Positions 16,928-26,490 of a DNA stretch of 55,114 nt are shown here, in pieces. Positions within the stretch are counted from its first letter, which is position 1, and every line of letters starts with the position of its first letter. A model generated the notes under the pieces. It ran no database searches. It worked only from the letters and a program-made list of their open reading frames with translations, and was not told the DNA's origin. Both the position numbers and the translations under genes were made by a program. Source of the stretch: an uncultured Phycisphaeraceae bacterium (GTDB taxonomy: Bacteria; Planctomycetota; Phycisphaerae; Phycisphaerales; UBA1924); contig CAZFSO010000004.1 of the NCBI GenBank assembly GCA_964522095.1, forward strand, positions 18,285 through 73,398. The letters run 5' to 3'.

Positions 16928-18283
16928 TCAACCCGGCACGCGCATCTCGGCGGCGTACGACGCGTCGCGGTACGCGGTGTCGGGCCCGCCCGGCACGCCC
17001 GACGGCAGGACCGACCGCTCGCGTTCGATCGCCCAGCCCATGGTCGACGCGGCCCACGCCGCCTGCTCGGCGTTCTCCTCGGGCTCGAGGCTGCAGGTCG
17101 AGTACACGACGCGGCCGCCAGGGCGCACCATCGCCGTGGCCGCCTTGAGGATGTCGCGCTGCGTCTCGATCATCCGGCGCAGCGCGTCCGACCGCACCCG
17201 GTAGCGGGCCTCGGTGCGCCGGGGCAGCACGCCGGAGTTCGAGCAGGGCACGTCGGTCAGGACGAGGTCGGCCCACCGCTCGCCGCGCGACCGCAGTTCG
17301 TCCGCGTGCGCGACCTCGACACGCTCCTCGTTTCGGAAGACGGCGCGGAGCGCGTCGAGCCGGGCGTCGTCGACCTCGGCCGCGATCACCCTGGCGTCCG
17401 GGAAGGCGGCCAGGATCTGGCGCGTTTTCGTCCCGCGCCCGGCGCACAGGTCGACCACCACGGACTCGCCCTCGGCCGCCAGCCCGTCGACCACCTCGGA
17501 CGCCGCGGCGTCCTGTACCCACAGGCCCGGGTGGTCGCGCAGCGCCCGGCCCAGTTCGGACCGCTCGCCGATGTACACGGCGTGGCCCGGCGAATCGTGC
17601 GGGAAGAACCGCGTGTCGGCACCGAGGGCGCCCCTGTCCGGCACGCGGCAGACAGTCGGCGGGAGCACCAGCGTGTGCAGGGCCAGGTCGGTCACGCTCA
17701 CGCCGAGGGCCTCCCAGGAGCGCAGCAGCGAGCCGGGCAGGGACGCCGCGATGACCAGCCGGTAGGCCGGCTCGTCGGGCAGGCGCACGCCCCGGAGGGT
17801 CAGCGCGCCGCCCTCGGACAGCGGGATCGCGTCCTGGCGGTCGTCCCAGGCATCGACGAACTCGCCGCGGGCGTCGACCACGCGGCGGAGGACCGCGTTG
17901 ACCATGCCCGCGGCTTTCGGCCGGATGCGGCGTTTGGCCCACTCCACGGTCTCGTCGATCGCCGCGTGGTCGGGGATGCGGTCAAAGAGCAGCAACTGGG
18001 CCGCCCCGGCGAGCAGGGCTGCCTGCATCTTCGGCTCGGTCGCGCGGACGTCGCGCCCGCTGACCGTCTCGACCAGGTACGAGAGCGTGATCCAGCGGCG
18101 CACGGTCGTGTCGACGATCGCGTGCGCCAGCGCGGCGTCCCGCGGGTCCATGCCGTCGGTCGCCGGATCCAACGGGACCAGGTCGGGCATTCGTTCCGCG
18201 TGCCGGGCCAGCACGCGCAGGGCGGCGTCCCGGGCGTTGGCGGCCCGCGCCGGCGGCTGGTTGTGCGTCCGCTGGGTGCGCAT
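16928..18283 (-). CDS. rsmB: 16S rRNA (cytosine-C5) methyltransferase, RsmB/Sun type
   Basis: C-terminal 451 aa of track ORF 16928..20572. NusB-like N-terminus, SAM motif DLCAGRGTKT, catalytic DVPCSNSGVLPRR and YSTCSLEPEEN. ATG at 18283; an alternative ATG at 18316 is possible. Confidence 0.85.
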   Translation of the reverse strand: MRTQRTHNQPPARAANARDAALRVLARHAERMPDLVPLDPATDGMDPRDAALAHAIVDTTVRRWITLSYLVETVSGRDVRATEPKMQAALLAGAAQLLLFDRIPDHAAIDETVEWAKRRIRPKAAGMVNAVLRRVVDARGEFVDAWDDRQDAIPLSEGGALTLRGVRLPDEPAYRLVIAASLPGSLLRSWEALGVSVTDLALHTLVLPPTVCRVPDRGALGADTRFFPHDSPGHAVYIGERSELGRALRDHPGLWVQDAAASEVVDGLAAEGESVVVDLCAGRGTKTRQILAAFPDARVIAAEVDDARLDALRAVFRNEERVEVAHADELRSRGERWADLVLTDVPCSNSGVLPRRTEARYRVRSDALRRMIETQRDILKAATAMVRPGGRVVYSTCSLEPEENAEQAAWAASTMGWAIERERSVLPSGVPGGPDTAYRDASYAAEMRVPG

Positions 18284-18334
18284 CCTCCTACGGTACGCCG
18301 TCGGCGAGGCGACCATGCACGAGACGGCGGCACG

Positions 18335-19897
18335 ATGAGCAACCACACCCAACCGCCCGGGGACGCCCGGCGTCACGCCCGCGAGGCCGGGCGCGGGTTC
18401 CTCACGGACCTGCGGATCCGCAAGAAACTGATCGTGCTGCACACCTCGTTCTCGCTGGTGCTGGCCGCGCTGCTGCTGGTGGCCCTGCGTCCCGCGCTGG
18501 GCAAGGTGATCGTGCACGGCGAGCAGGCGCAGGCGGCGGCGGCGCTCGAGATGCTCCGGTCGATCGGGGACTCGCCCGGGTGGCCGTCCGAGGCCGCCGC
18601 GTCGGACCTGGCCCGTCTGGCGGTGCGCCGGGGCACGGCGGCGCAGGTCGGGCTGACCGAGGCGCAGGCGGCCCGGCTGTCCGGCCCGGACGCCGCGCCC
18701 GTGCCGTTGTCGGCCAGCGAGGACGGGGCCGGTGTCGCGGCGTGGTTCGGCCCGGGCGAACTGGTGGTCGTGCGGGCGCGCAACGACGAGGCCCGCCGGG
18801 CGGTCAGCCTGGTGTACACGCTGCTGATCATCTCGCTGCTGGCGGGGTACGCCTTCGTGGCGGGGGCGCTGGAGATGTTCGTGCTGCCGCGGCACGTGTA
18901 CACGCCCATCCGGGCGATGCTGGACGCCGACGACGCGGTGCGCCGAGGGGACCGGGAGGCCGAACTGATCGCCCCGGCGCTGATCCCGGCAGACGAACTC
19001 GGCGAGATCATGCGGTCGCGCAACGAGTCGGTCGCGTCGCTGCGTCGGCACGAGACGGAACTGGCGGCCGCCCTGGGCGAGTTGGAACGCACGGCGGTCG
19101 ACCTTCACAAGAAGAACCACCTGCTCGAGGCGGCGCGGCGCAACCTGGAAGGCACCGACCGGCTCGCGTCGCTCGGCATGATGTCCGCCGGCATCGCCCA
19201 CGAACTCAACACGCCCTTGGCGGTGGTCAAGGGCCTGGCCGACAAGCTCGCCGAGGGCCGGGACCTCAGCCCGGCCGAGCGGGCGCTGATGGCCCGGGTG
19301 GTGGGGCGTTTGGAGACCCTGTCCGAGGGCCTGCTCGACTTCGCCCGCGTCCGGCCCCCGCGCCTCGCCCCCGCGGACCTGCACGCGGTGGTCAGCGAGG
19401 CCGCCACGCTCGTGCGTCTGGACCGGACGGTGGTCCGGCCGGGCGCGGGCGTCGAGATCATCAACGCCGTCCCGGTCGGCACGGAACTTCTGTGCGACGC
19501 GGACCGGATGATCCAGGTGTTCGTCAACCTGGTGCGCAACTCGGCGGGCGTCATCGCCGACGCCGGCCCGGCGGCGGGGCGGGTGGTGGTGTCGGCGCAG
19601 GAGGCTCGCCGCGAGGGCGAGGATTGGCTGTCGGTCACGGTCGCGGACAACGGGCCGGGCATCCCGCCGGAGGTCGTCGGGCGCCTGTTCGAGCCGTTCG
19701 CGTCGACCCGGCTGGACGCCAACGGCACCGGGCTGGGTCTTGCGGTCTCCAAGGGGATCGTCCACGAGCACGGCGGCCTGCTGGTCGCGCGCAACGCGAC
19801 GCCGGGCGACCGCCGCGAGCATCCGGACCTGCGCGGGGCGGTGTTCGAGATCCTGCTGCCCCGCAACCCGTCCGGCGCCCCGGTCGTCGCCGTGTAA
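18335..19897 (+). CDS. Sensor histidine kinase (two TM segments, periplasmic loop, HAMP-like linker, HisKA, HATPase)
   Basis: H-box SAGIAHELNTPL, N-box NLVRNSAGV, G1 DNGPGIP, G2 GTGLGLAVSKGIV. ATG at 18335 is in frame with track ORF 16478..19897. Confidence 0.85.
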   Translation: MSNHTQPPGDARRHAREAGRGFLTDLRIRKKLIVLHTSFSLVLAALLLVALRPALGKVIVHGEQAQAAAALEMLRSIGDSPGWPSEAAASDLARLAVRRGTAAQVGLTEAQAARLSGPDAAPVPLSASEDGAGVAAWFGPGELVVVRARNDEARRAVSLVYTLLIISLLAGYAFVAGALEMFVLPRHVYTPIRAMLDADDAVRRGDREAELIAPALIPADELGEIMRSRNESVASLRRHETELAAALGELERTAVDLHKKNHLLEAARRNLEGTDRLASLGMMSAGIAHELNTPLAVVKGLADKLAEGRDLSPAERALMARVVGRLETLSEGLLDFARVRPPRLAPADLHAVVSEAATLVRLDRTVVRPGAGVEIINAVPVGTELLCDADRMIQVFVNLVRNSAGVIADAGPAAGRVVVSAQEARREGEDWLSVTVADNGPGIPPEVVGRLFEPFASTRLDANGTGLGLAVSKGIVHEHGGLLVARNATPGDRREHPDLRGAVFEILLPRNPSGAPVVAV

Positions 19898-19906
19898 GAT
19901 GGATCG

Positions 19907-20536
19907 ATGCCCGACCCGTCCGACGCCGCCGACGTCCCGCCGCTGAACCTGGTCGCCCTGGACGACGACCCGGATTTCCGCGAGTACCTGGCGGGCGTGC
20001 TCGAGGCCGAGGGCCACGAGGTCCGCGCGGTGGAGACGCCCGAGGCGCTGTTCATCGCCTGCCAGGCCGAGCAGCCCGACGTGATCCTGCTGGACATCAA
20101 GATGGGTCACCACTCGGGTGAGCGGGTGCTCGAGGAGATCCGGCGGCGCTGGCCGCGCCAGTGCGTGATCGTGGTCACGGGGTATCCCACCCTGGACTCG
20201 ATGCGGCACACGTTCAAGCACGACGTGTTCGACTACCTGACCAAGCCGTTCCGCACCGAGGACCTGCGCCGCGTGATCGCCCAGGCCGCCGAGACCTTCG
20301 GGCTCGGCCAGCGTCCGCAGGACCGGCTGCGCGCCGAGTTGGGCCGGCAGATCCGCCTTGCCCGCACGGAGCGGGGGTGGACGCTGCGGGAACTCTCCAA
20401 CGCCTCGGCGGTCTCGGTGTCGCAACTCTCGTCGATCGAGCGGGGGACCCACCTGCCGAGCATCGAGTCGCTCGTTGCGATCGCCGGCGCCCTGCGGAGC
20501 ACACCGAGCGCCTGGCTCGCCGCCGCGGGATTCTGA
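19907..20536 (+). CDS. Response regulator: receiver domain fused to an XRE/Cro-type HTH output domain
   Basis: REC motifs LDDDPD, VILLDIKM and LTKPF. C-terminal GRQIRLARTERGWTLRELSNASAVSVSQLSSIERGTHLPSIESLVAIAGAL is a typical HTH_3 helix-turn-helix. Confidence 0.85.
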   Translation: MPDPSDAADVPPLNLVALDDDPDFREYLAGVLEAEGHEVRAVETPEALFIACQAEQPDVILLDIKMGHHSGERVLEEIRRRWPRQCVIVVTGYPTLDSMRHTFKHDVFDYLTKPFRTEDLRRVIAQAAETFGLGQRPQDRLRAELGRQIRLARTERGWTLRELSNASAVSVSQLSSIERGTHLPSIESLVAIAGALRSTPSAWLAAAGF

Positions 20537-20586
20537 CCGGCGGTTCGGGCCGGAAGACGCCTGTCCGGCCACCTAGGCTTCGGCGA

Positions 20587-21801
20587 GTGGCCCCGGAGCG
20601 TCCCATCATCCTTTTCACCGCCTTCGAGCCGTCGGGGGACGACCACGCCTCGGCCGTGATCGAGGCGATCAGGCGCCGGCACCCCGACGCGGACATCCGC
20701 GCGTGGGGCGGGCCCAAGATGCTGGCCGCCGGGGCCGAACTGATCGCCCGCACCGGCGACGACGCGGTGATGGGCGTGCCCGGGCTGGCCAAAATCCGCG
20801 AGCACAAGCGGATCAACGCCGACATCGCACGCTGGGTGGCCGAACACCCCGTCGCGGTGCACGTGCCGGTCGACTCGCCGGCGGCCAACTTCCCGGTGTG
20901 CGCGATCACCAAGCGGGCCGGCGCCAAGGTGGTGCACCTGGTGGCGCCCCAACTCTGGGCGTGGGGGCCGTGGCGGATCAAGAAACTCCGGCGTCTGACG
21001 GACCACGTGCTGTGCCTGCTGCCATTCGAGGAATCCTGGTTCCGCGAGCGGGGCGTCCGGGCGACCTTCATCGGGCACCCCCTCTTCGACCACGCGCCGG
21101 ACACCGCGGCGCTCGACGACGCCATCGCGGGCTGGCCCACCGGCAACCCCCGGGTGGCGATCATGCCGGGGTCGCGCCCGTCGGAGATGCAGGGCAACTT
21201 CACGCTGCTGCTCGCGGCGTACAACCGGCTGGCCCGTGAGCATCCCGCGATGAGGGGGGTGGTCGCCGCAACCCGCCCGGAGGTCGAGCCCGTCCTGCGA
21301 CGCCTTGCGGCCGACGCCCGCCTGGAGTGGCCGGAGTCACTTTCGGTCCGGTTCGGCGCGACCGACGCGGTGGTCCGGTGGTGCGACCTGGCGCTGGTGG
21401 TCTCGGGCACCGTAACCCTGCAGATCGCCCGTCAGCACCGGCCGATGGTGATCGTGTACAAGTCCAGCCGGCTGCTGTGGGCCCTGGTCGCCCGCTGGGT
21501 CATCCGCACGCCGTTCTTCACGCTGCCGAACCTGGTGGCCGGGCGGGAGATCGTGCCGGAACTCGTGCCGCACTTCGGGGGGGCCGACCCGATCGCCGAC
21601 CGGGCGGTGGCGTTGCTCGAAAGCCCGGACGCCGCGGCGGCCCAGAAGCGGGAACTGGCGGCCATCGCCGATCGGTTCCGGGGCCGGCACGCCGCGACCG
21701 AGGCGGCGGCGATCATCGCCGAGCACGCCGGGCTTGGGCCCGCGACCGCGCCGGCCGACGGGTCGCGGGAGATGGCTCAGCCGCCCGCCCGGAGCGGATA
21801 G
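20587..21801 (+). CDS. lpxB: Lipid-A-disaccharide synthase
   Basis: C-terminal 404 aa of track ORF 20161..21801: ILFTAFEPSGDDHAS, VDSPAANFPV, APQLWAWGPWRIKKL, LLPFEESWF. GTG at 20587. Confidence 0.85.
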   Translation: MAPERPIILFTAFEPSGDDHASAVIEAIRRRHPDADIRAWGGPKMLAAGAELIARTGDDAVMGVPGLAKIREHKRINADIARWVAEHPVAVHVPVDSPAANFPVCAITKRAGAKVVHLVAPQLWAWGPWRIKKLRRLTDHVLCLLPFEESWFRERGVRATFIGHPLFDHAPDTAALDDAIAGWPTGNPRVAIMPGSRPSEMQGNFTLLLAAYNRLAREHPAMRGVVAATRPEVEPVLRRLAADARLEWPESLSVRFGATDAVVRWCDLALVVSGTVTLQIARQHRPMVIVYKSSRLLWALVARWVIRTPFFTLPNLVAGREIVPELVPHFGGADPIADRAVALLESPDAAAAQKRELAAIADRFRGRHAATEAAAIIAEHAGLGPATAPADGSREMAQPPARSG

Positions 21802-22475
21802 AGCCCGATCCCGCACCACGCGTTGCCCGCCCGGTCGGCGATCGGCGTGCCGGCGATCTCCGGTGCGCCGACGGGCAGGTCGGCGTCGAGCAGGCGGTGG
21901 GCAGCCTGGTGCAGGTCGTGCCGGGCGACCGCCTCAGATTCGCAGAACAGCACCACGACCGAGGCGGCCGTCCAGATGGACGGGTCGCGGGCGAGTTTGA
22001 CCAGGTCGGTCATCGGCCCGCGGACGATCTGGTCGGCGTATGCCCGGTTCGGCCCGGGCACGCCGTCCACGAAGGCGTGCTGGGCGACGGATTTGACCTC
22101 CAGCCAGCACGCCTCGCCGGGCGGAACGAGGCCTTCGGCGGGGGCGAGTCGCTCGGAGACGCCGGAGAACAGCGTCGCCTCCCCCGCCAGCAGCGCGGCC
22201 TGTTCCGCGGCCGGGTCCTCCAGCGCCATGCCGGGCTCGGGGAGCAACACGAGGTCGCAGCGGGCCCGCGCCGACTTGCGCACGGGGGCCGTGTGCTCGC
22301 CCGGGTAGAGGACCTCCCGGACGACGCCAAACCCCGCCGCGGACAGGGCTTCCGCGAGGACGGGGTGCAGGGCGACCTCGGGCAGCGCGTCGACGCCCCG
22401 GACGGCCTGTTCGGCGCAGAGGCGCCGGTCGAGCGAGGCGACCCCGTCGGTCAGGCCGGTCAGGATGTCGATCAT
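21777..22475 (-). CDS. Hypothetical protein, possibly PD-(D/E)xK nuclease fold
   Basis: C-terminal 232 aa of track ORF 21777..24290. RCDLVLLPE (Asp74) and CWLEVKSV (Glu126-x-Lys128) resemble the restriction-endonuclease-like core. ATG at 22475. The 3' end overlaps lpxB convergently by 25 bp. Confidence 0.5.
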   Translation of the reverse strand: MIDILTGLTDGVASLDRRLCAEQAVRGVDALPEVALHPVLAEALSAAGFGVVREVLYPGEHTAPVRKSARARCDLVLLPEPGMALEDPAAEQAALLAGEATLFSGVSERLAPAEGLVPPGEACWLEVKSVAQHAFVDGVPGPNRAYADQIVRGPMTDLVKLARDPSIWTAASVVVLFCESEAVARHDLHQAAHRLLDADLPVGAPEIAGTPIADRAGNAWCGIGLYPLRAGG

Positions 22476-22516
22476 CCTCCACACCGAGCGTCCCCAGGTT
22501 CCGGCCGCGGCTCGGG

Positions 22517-22545
22517 TTGCAATCCCCGGCCGTGCCTGCGATGAT
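22517..22545 (+). promoter_or_regulatory. Weak sigma70-like promoter candidate (TTGCAA, 17 nt, GATGAT) upstream of the symporter gene
   Basis: Hexamers read at 22517-22522 and 22540-22545; the -10 element is poor. Confidence 0.2.
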
Positions 22546-22607
22546 GCCCTCTCGACCAACGCGGGCGCTGCGTTCCGCCCTGCCGCCAGATCCGGAGTGA
22601 CAACCGT

Positions 22608-24380
22608 ATGCAGAATTTTTGGAACACCCTCAACGCGATCAACGGCGTCCTCTGGGCGGACTGGGTCCTTTACGTGCTGCTCGTCGTGGGCACGCTGTTC
22701 ACCTTCTGGTCCGGCTTCGGGCAGTACCGGGCGCTGACCCACGGCGTCGCGGTCGTCCGTGGCAAGTACGACGACAAGGACGACCCCGGCGCGATCAACC
22801 ACTTCCAGGCGCTCTCGACCGCCCTGTCGGCCACGGTCGGCCTCGGCAACATCGCGGGTGTCGCCCTGGCCATCGCGGTGGGGGGGCCGGGTGCGGTCTT
22901 CTGGATGTGGGTGACCGGGTTCATCGGCATGGCGCTGAAACTGACCGAGGTCACCCAGGCCATGCTCTACCGCAACACGGACGACCCGGACAACCCCCAC
23001 GGCGGGGCGATGTGGGTGTGCAAGAAGGGGTTCGCCCGCATCAGCCCGGCCCTCGCCCCGCTCGGGGTCGTGGTCGGGGCGGTGTTCTGCGTGACCCTGT
23101 TGATCTCCGCCGTCACCGGCGGCAACATGTTCCAGGCCTGGAACGTGGCCGACATCTCGTTCTCGTACTTCGGAATGCCGAAGTTTGCCGCCGGCGTCAT
23201 CCTCGCGTTGGGGGTGGGCGTCGTGATCATCGGCGGCATCAAGCGCATCGGCGACGTGGCCGGGCGCATCGTCCCGCTGATGTGCAGCCTCTACCTGCTG
23301 GCGGCGGCCTACATCATCATCGTCAACGCCGGACGCATCCCGGACATGTTCCGGCTGATCTTCTACGAGGCGTTCAACCCGTCCGAGGCCGCCGGGGCGT
23401 TCATCGGCGGGGTGGCGAGTTTCGGGTTCCTCAAGGGCATGCAGCGCGCCCTGTTCAGTTCCGAGGCTGGCCAGGGATCGGCGCCGATCGCGCACTCGGC
23501 GGCCAAGACGGACGAGCCCGTCAGGGAAGGCGTGGTCGCCGGGCTCGAGCCGTTCATCGACACCATCGTCGTGTGCACGTTCACGGCGCTGGTCATCCTC
23601 CTCTCCGGCGCGTGGAACCGCGCCCCCGCCCTGACGTTCCCCGAGGGCTATCAGCCGGGGATCAGCATCGTCAGTTCCACCCCGACGTCGAACACGTGGT
23701 CCTTCGACCCCGTGCCCGTCGGCATCGCGGATGAGAACGAGGCGTCCGGCCAGATGCGCGCCGGGCAGAACGTCTTCATGGTCATCCGCGGCGGCGTCAA
23801 CCCAACCACCGGCGGCGACCACCACAAGGTCAACGGCACGCTGATGCAGACCGAGGACGGCGGGTGGGCCGCGTCCCTGGCCGACCTGACCCTGCCGGTC
23901 GACGCCGAGAATCCCGAGCCGCCGACGCTCGAGATCGCCGAGCCCGGGGTGTACTTTGACTTCAACGGCGCCACGCTGACCGCCAAGGCGTTCGACCGGA
24001 CCCTGCCGGGCCTCGGCGCGTGGATCGTGCCCGCCGCTGTCTGGCTGTTCGCCTTCTCGACCATCATCTCGTGGTCCTATTACGGCGAGCAGGGCGTGGT
24101 GTACCTGCTGGGCATCAGGGCGGTGCTGCCGTACCGGCTGCTGTACTGCCTGCTGATCCTGGTGTCGACCTTCGAGTTCATCGACGCCGACGCCATCGAG
24201 AACATCTCCGTCCTCGGCACCGGCGTGATGCTCTGGGCCAACATCCCGATCATGCTGATCTTCGGTCGCCAGGCGATGCGCGAGTACCACGGCTACTTCC
24301 GGCGCATGAAGTCGGGCGGGGACGACGCCCAGCCGCCGCCGCCGCTCGCCGACGTGATCGAGGGCAAGAACGTCGAGTAA
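22608..24380 (+). CDS. Alanine/glycine:cation symporter (AGCS) family transporter with a large inserted loop
   Basis: 590-aa ORF with FQALSTALSATVGLGNIAGVALAIAVGGPGAVFWMW and SSEAGQGSAPIAHSAA, characteristic of sodium:alanine symporters. About 100 extra residues near aa 336-455. Confidence 0.88.
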   Translation: MQNFWNTLNAINGVLWADWVLYVLLVVGTLFTFWSGFGQYRALTHGVAVVRGKYDDKDDPGAINHFQALSTALSATVGLGNIAGVALAIAVGGPGAVFWMWVTGFIGMALKLTEVTQAMLYRNTDDPDNPHGGAMWVCKKGFARISPALAPLGVVVGAVFCVTLLISAVTGGNMFQAWNVADISFSYFGMPKFAAGVILALGVGVVIIGGIKRIGDVAGRIVPLMCSLYLLAAAYIIIVNAGRIPDMFRLIFYEAFNPSEAAGAFIGGVASFGFLKGMQRALFSSEAGQGSAPIAHSAAKTDEPVREGVVAGLEPFIDTIVVCTFTALVILLSGAWNRAPALTFPEGYQPGISIVSSTPTSNTWSFDPVPVGIADENEASGQMRAGQNVFMVIRGGVNPTTGGDHHKVNGTLMQTEDGGWAASLADLTLPVDAENPEPPTLEIAEPGVYFDFNGATLTAKAFDRTLPGLGAWIVPAAVWLFAFSTIISWSYYGEQGVVYLLGIRAVLPYRLLYCLLILVSTFEFIDADAIENISVLGTGVMLWANIPIMLIFGRQAMREYHGYFRRMKSGGDDAQPPPPLADVIEGKNVE

Positions 24381-24410
24381 GCCGGGCCCGGGCCGGTTGG
24401 ATCAAACCCC

Positions 24411-24449
24411 GCACGCCCTCTCCGCCGCCGGAGGGGGCGTGCTTTCGTT
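24411..24449 (+). terminator. Rho-independent terminator after the symporter gene
   Basis: GCACGCCCUCUCCG (24411-24424), CCGC loop, CGGAGGGGGCGUGC (24429-24442): 14-bp stem with one G-U, then UUUCGUU. Confidence 0.7.
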
Positions 24450-24471
24450 GCCCACCTACCATCCCCACCCC

Positions 24472-26478
24472 ATGCCCGTCCTCGCCGCGACCAACCTGAC
24501 GCTCGCCCATGGCCACAAGACCGTGCTCGACGCGGTGTCGCTGTCGATCGAGCCCCGCGACCGCATCGGGATCGTGGGGCGCAACGGGGCGGGCAAATCG
24601 ACGCTGATCAAGCTGCTTGCTGGCGTGTCCACGCCGGACTCGGGCGACGTGTCGCTCCAGCGGGGCGCCCGCATGGGCTACCTCGACCAGAACACGACGC
24701 TGGACCCGGGCGACACGGTCCGGTCGGCCGCGGCCCGGGCCTTCGAGGCGGCCCACGCCATGCAGGCCCAACTCCACGCCGTCTTCGACCGCATGGCCGA
24801 CGCCGACGCGGACGAGTTGGACCGCCTGCTCAGCGAGCAGGCCCGGCTGGAGGCGGCCATCGAGGCCGCGGGCGGCCTGAGCACCGAGCACGAGGTCGCC
24901 AAGGTGCTCCACGGCCTGGGATTCGTCGACGCTCAGATGGACCTGGCGGTCTCGGCGCTGTCCGGCGGGCAGAAGGCCCGGCTCTCCCTGGCGCGGCTGC
25001 TGCTCGAGGAGCCCGACGTCCTGCTGATGGACGAGCCGACCAACCACCTGGACATCGACGGGCGGATCTGGCTCGAGAACTTCCTGGCCGACGAGTTCAA
25101 GGGGGCGGTCGTCCTGATCTCCCACGACCGCTACCTGCTCGACCGCGTCGTCGACCGCATCGTCGAGGTCGAGCACGCGCGGCTCATCGACTACCCGGGC
25201 AACTACGCCGACTTCCGGCGCATCCGCGCCGACCGCCGCATGACCCAGCACCGCGCCTGGGAAAAGCAGCAGGCCGAGTTCAGGAAAGAAGCCGCCTACA
25301 TCCGCCAGTACAAGGCCGGGCAGCGCGCCAAGCAGGCCAAGGGGCGTGAGTCGCGCCTCGACCGAGCCAAGGAGTCCGCGCTCGAGCGCCCCGTGGAACT
25401 GGCCGAACTGCGGGTCACGCTGCCCAAGCCCGAGCGGTCGGGCGACGTCGTGATCTCCGCCCGCGACGTGACCAAGTCCTACCCCGGCGACGCCGACCGC
25501 CCGCCCACGGTGCTGTTCAAGAACCTCACGGTCAAGGTGCAGCGCGGCGAGCGGTGGGGCATCGTCGGCCCGAACGGGGCGGGCAAGACCACGCTGGTCC
25601 GCTGCATGCTCGGCCAGATCCCGCTCGATTCCGGCCAGGTCTCGCTGGGCGCCAAACTCGACATCGGCCACTTCGAGCAGCACCGGCGCGTCGACGACCC
25701 GGACCGCACGGTCATCCAGCACGTCCAGGCGCGGGTCAAGGCGAGCACCAACCCGCCGGTGCTCCTGTCCGAGCAGGACGCCCGGAACCTTGCCGGGGCG
25801 TTCCTGTTCTCGGGAGACGACCAGGACAAGCCGGTGCGGGTGCTCTCCGGGGGCGAACTGGCCCGCGCCGACCTCGCCGCCCTGCTCGCCTCGTCCAAGA
25901 ACCTCCTGATCCTCGACGAGCCGACCAACCACCTGGACATCCCCGCGGCCGAGCGGCTTGAGTCCCTGCTCGCCCGCGCCACCAGCGACCCCAAGACCGG
26001 CGAGACCACCGAGGCCCTGTTCCCCGGCACCGTCATCCTGATCTCCCACGACCGCGCGCTCCTCGACGCGGTGTGCGACCACCTGATCCTGCTCGACGGG
26101 CGCGGCGGGGCCCGCGTGTTCGCCGGGACCTACAGCGACGCCCAGCGCGCAGCGCCCGCGGCGCCCCCAGGCCTGAATCGCCCCGCCCCGGCGGGCAGGC
26201 CGTCCGGGCAGGCTCCGTCCCCCCGTGCCGTTGCCCCGCCCGCCCCGGCGCCGGCGAAGAAGGTCGAGAAGAAGAGCCGCTTCTCGTGGATGCCCCTTGA
26301 CGCGATCGAGCGGCGCATGGGCGAGTGCAACGCCGAGATGCGCACCCTCGACACCCGGCTGGCCGACGCGGACGTCTGGAAGGACGCCGACAACGCCAAT
26401 GCGCTGACCGAGCGCCTCGACGACCTCCGCGCGGAACTGGGGGAACTCGAGACGGAGTGGCTGCACAAGTCGTCGTGA
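24472..26478 (+). CDS. ABC-F family ATPase (Uup-like; two ABC domains plus a C-terminal coiled-coil tail)
   Basis: Two Walker A motifs (GRNGAGKSTL, GPNGAGKTTL), two signatures (LSGGQKARL, LSGGELARA), no TM domain. Pro/Ala-rich linker and a charged helical tail. ATG at 24472. Confidence 0.9.
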   Translation: MPVLAATNLTLAHGHKTVLDAVSLSIEPRDRIGIVGRNGAGKSTLIKLLAGVSTPDSGDVSLQRGARMGYLDQNTTLDPGDTVRSAAARAFEAAHAMQAQLHAVFDRMADADADELDRLLSEQARLEAAIEAAGGLSTEHEVAKVLHGLGFVDAQMDLAVSALSGGQKARLSLARLLLEEPDVLLMDEPTNHLDIDGRIWLENFLADEFKGAVVLISHDRYLLDRVVDRIVEVEHARLIDYPGNYADFRRIRADRRMTQHRAWEKQQAEFRKEAAYIRQYKAGQRAKQAKGRESRLDRAKESALERPVELAELRVTLPKPERSGDVVISARDVTKSYPGDADRPPTVLFKNLTVKVQRGERWGIVGPNGAGKTTLVRCMLGQIPLDSGQVSLGAKLDIGHFEQHRRVDDPDRTVIQHVQARVKASTNPPVLLSEQDARNLAGAFLFSGDDQDKPVRVLSGGELARADLAALLASSKNLLILDEPTNHLDIPAAERLESLLARATSDPKTGETTEALFPGTVILISHDRALLDAVCDHLILLDGRGGARVFAGTYSDAQRAAPAAPPGLNRPAPAGRPSGQAPSPRAVAPPAPAPAKKVEKKSRFSWMPLDAIERRMGECNAEMRTLDTRLADADVWKDADNANALTERLDDLRAELGELETEWLHKSS

Positions 26479-26490
26479 CCGCGGGCCCGG

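Noticed and set aside
18284-18289. AGGAGG directly abutting the rsmB ATG (and GGAGG directly abutting the ATG at 22475), considered as Shine-Dalgarno sites.
   Set aside because: A spacing of 0 nt is incompatible with SD function, so these were not used as start-codon evidence. The starts were chosen from N-terminal homology-like features, and alternatives remain (18316 for rsmB).
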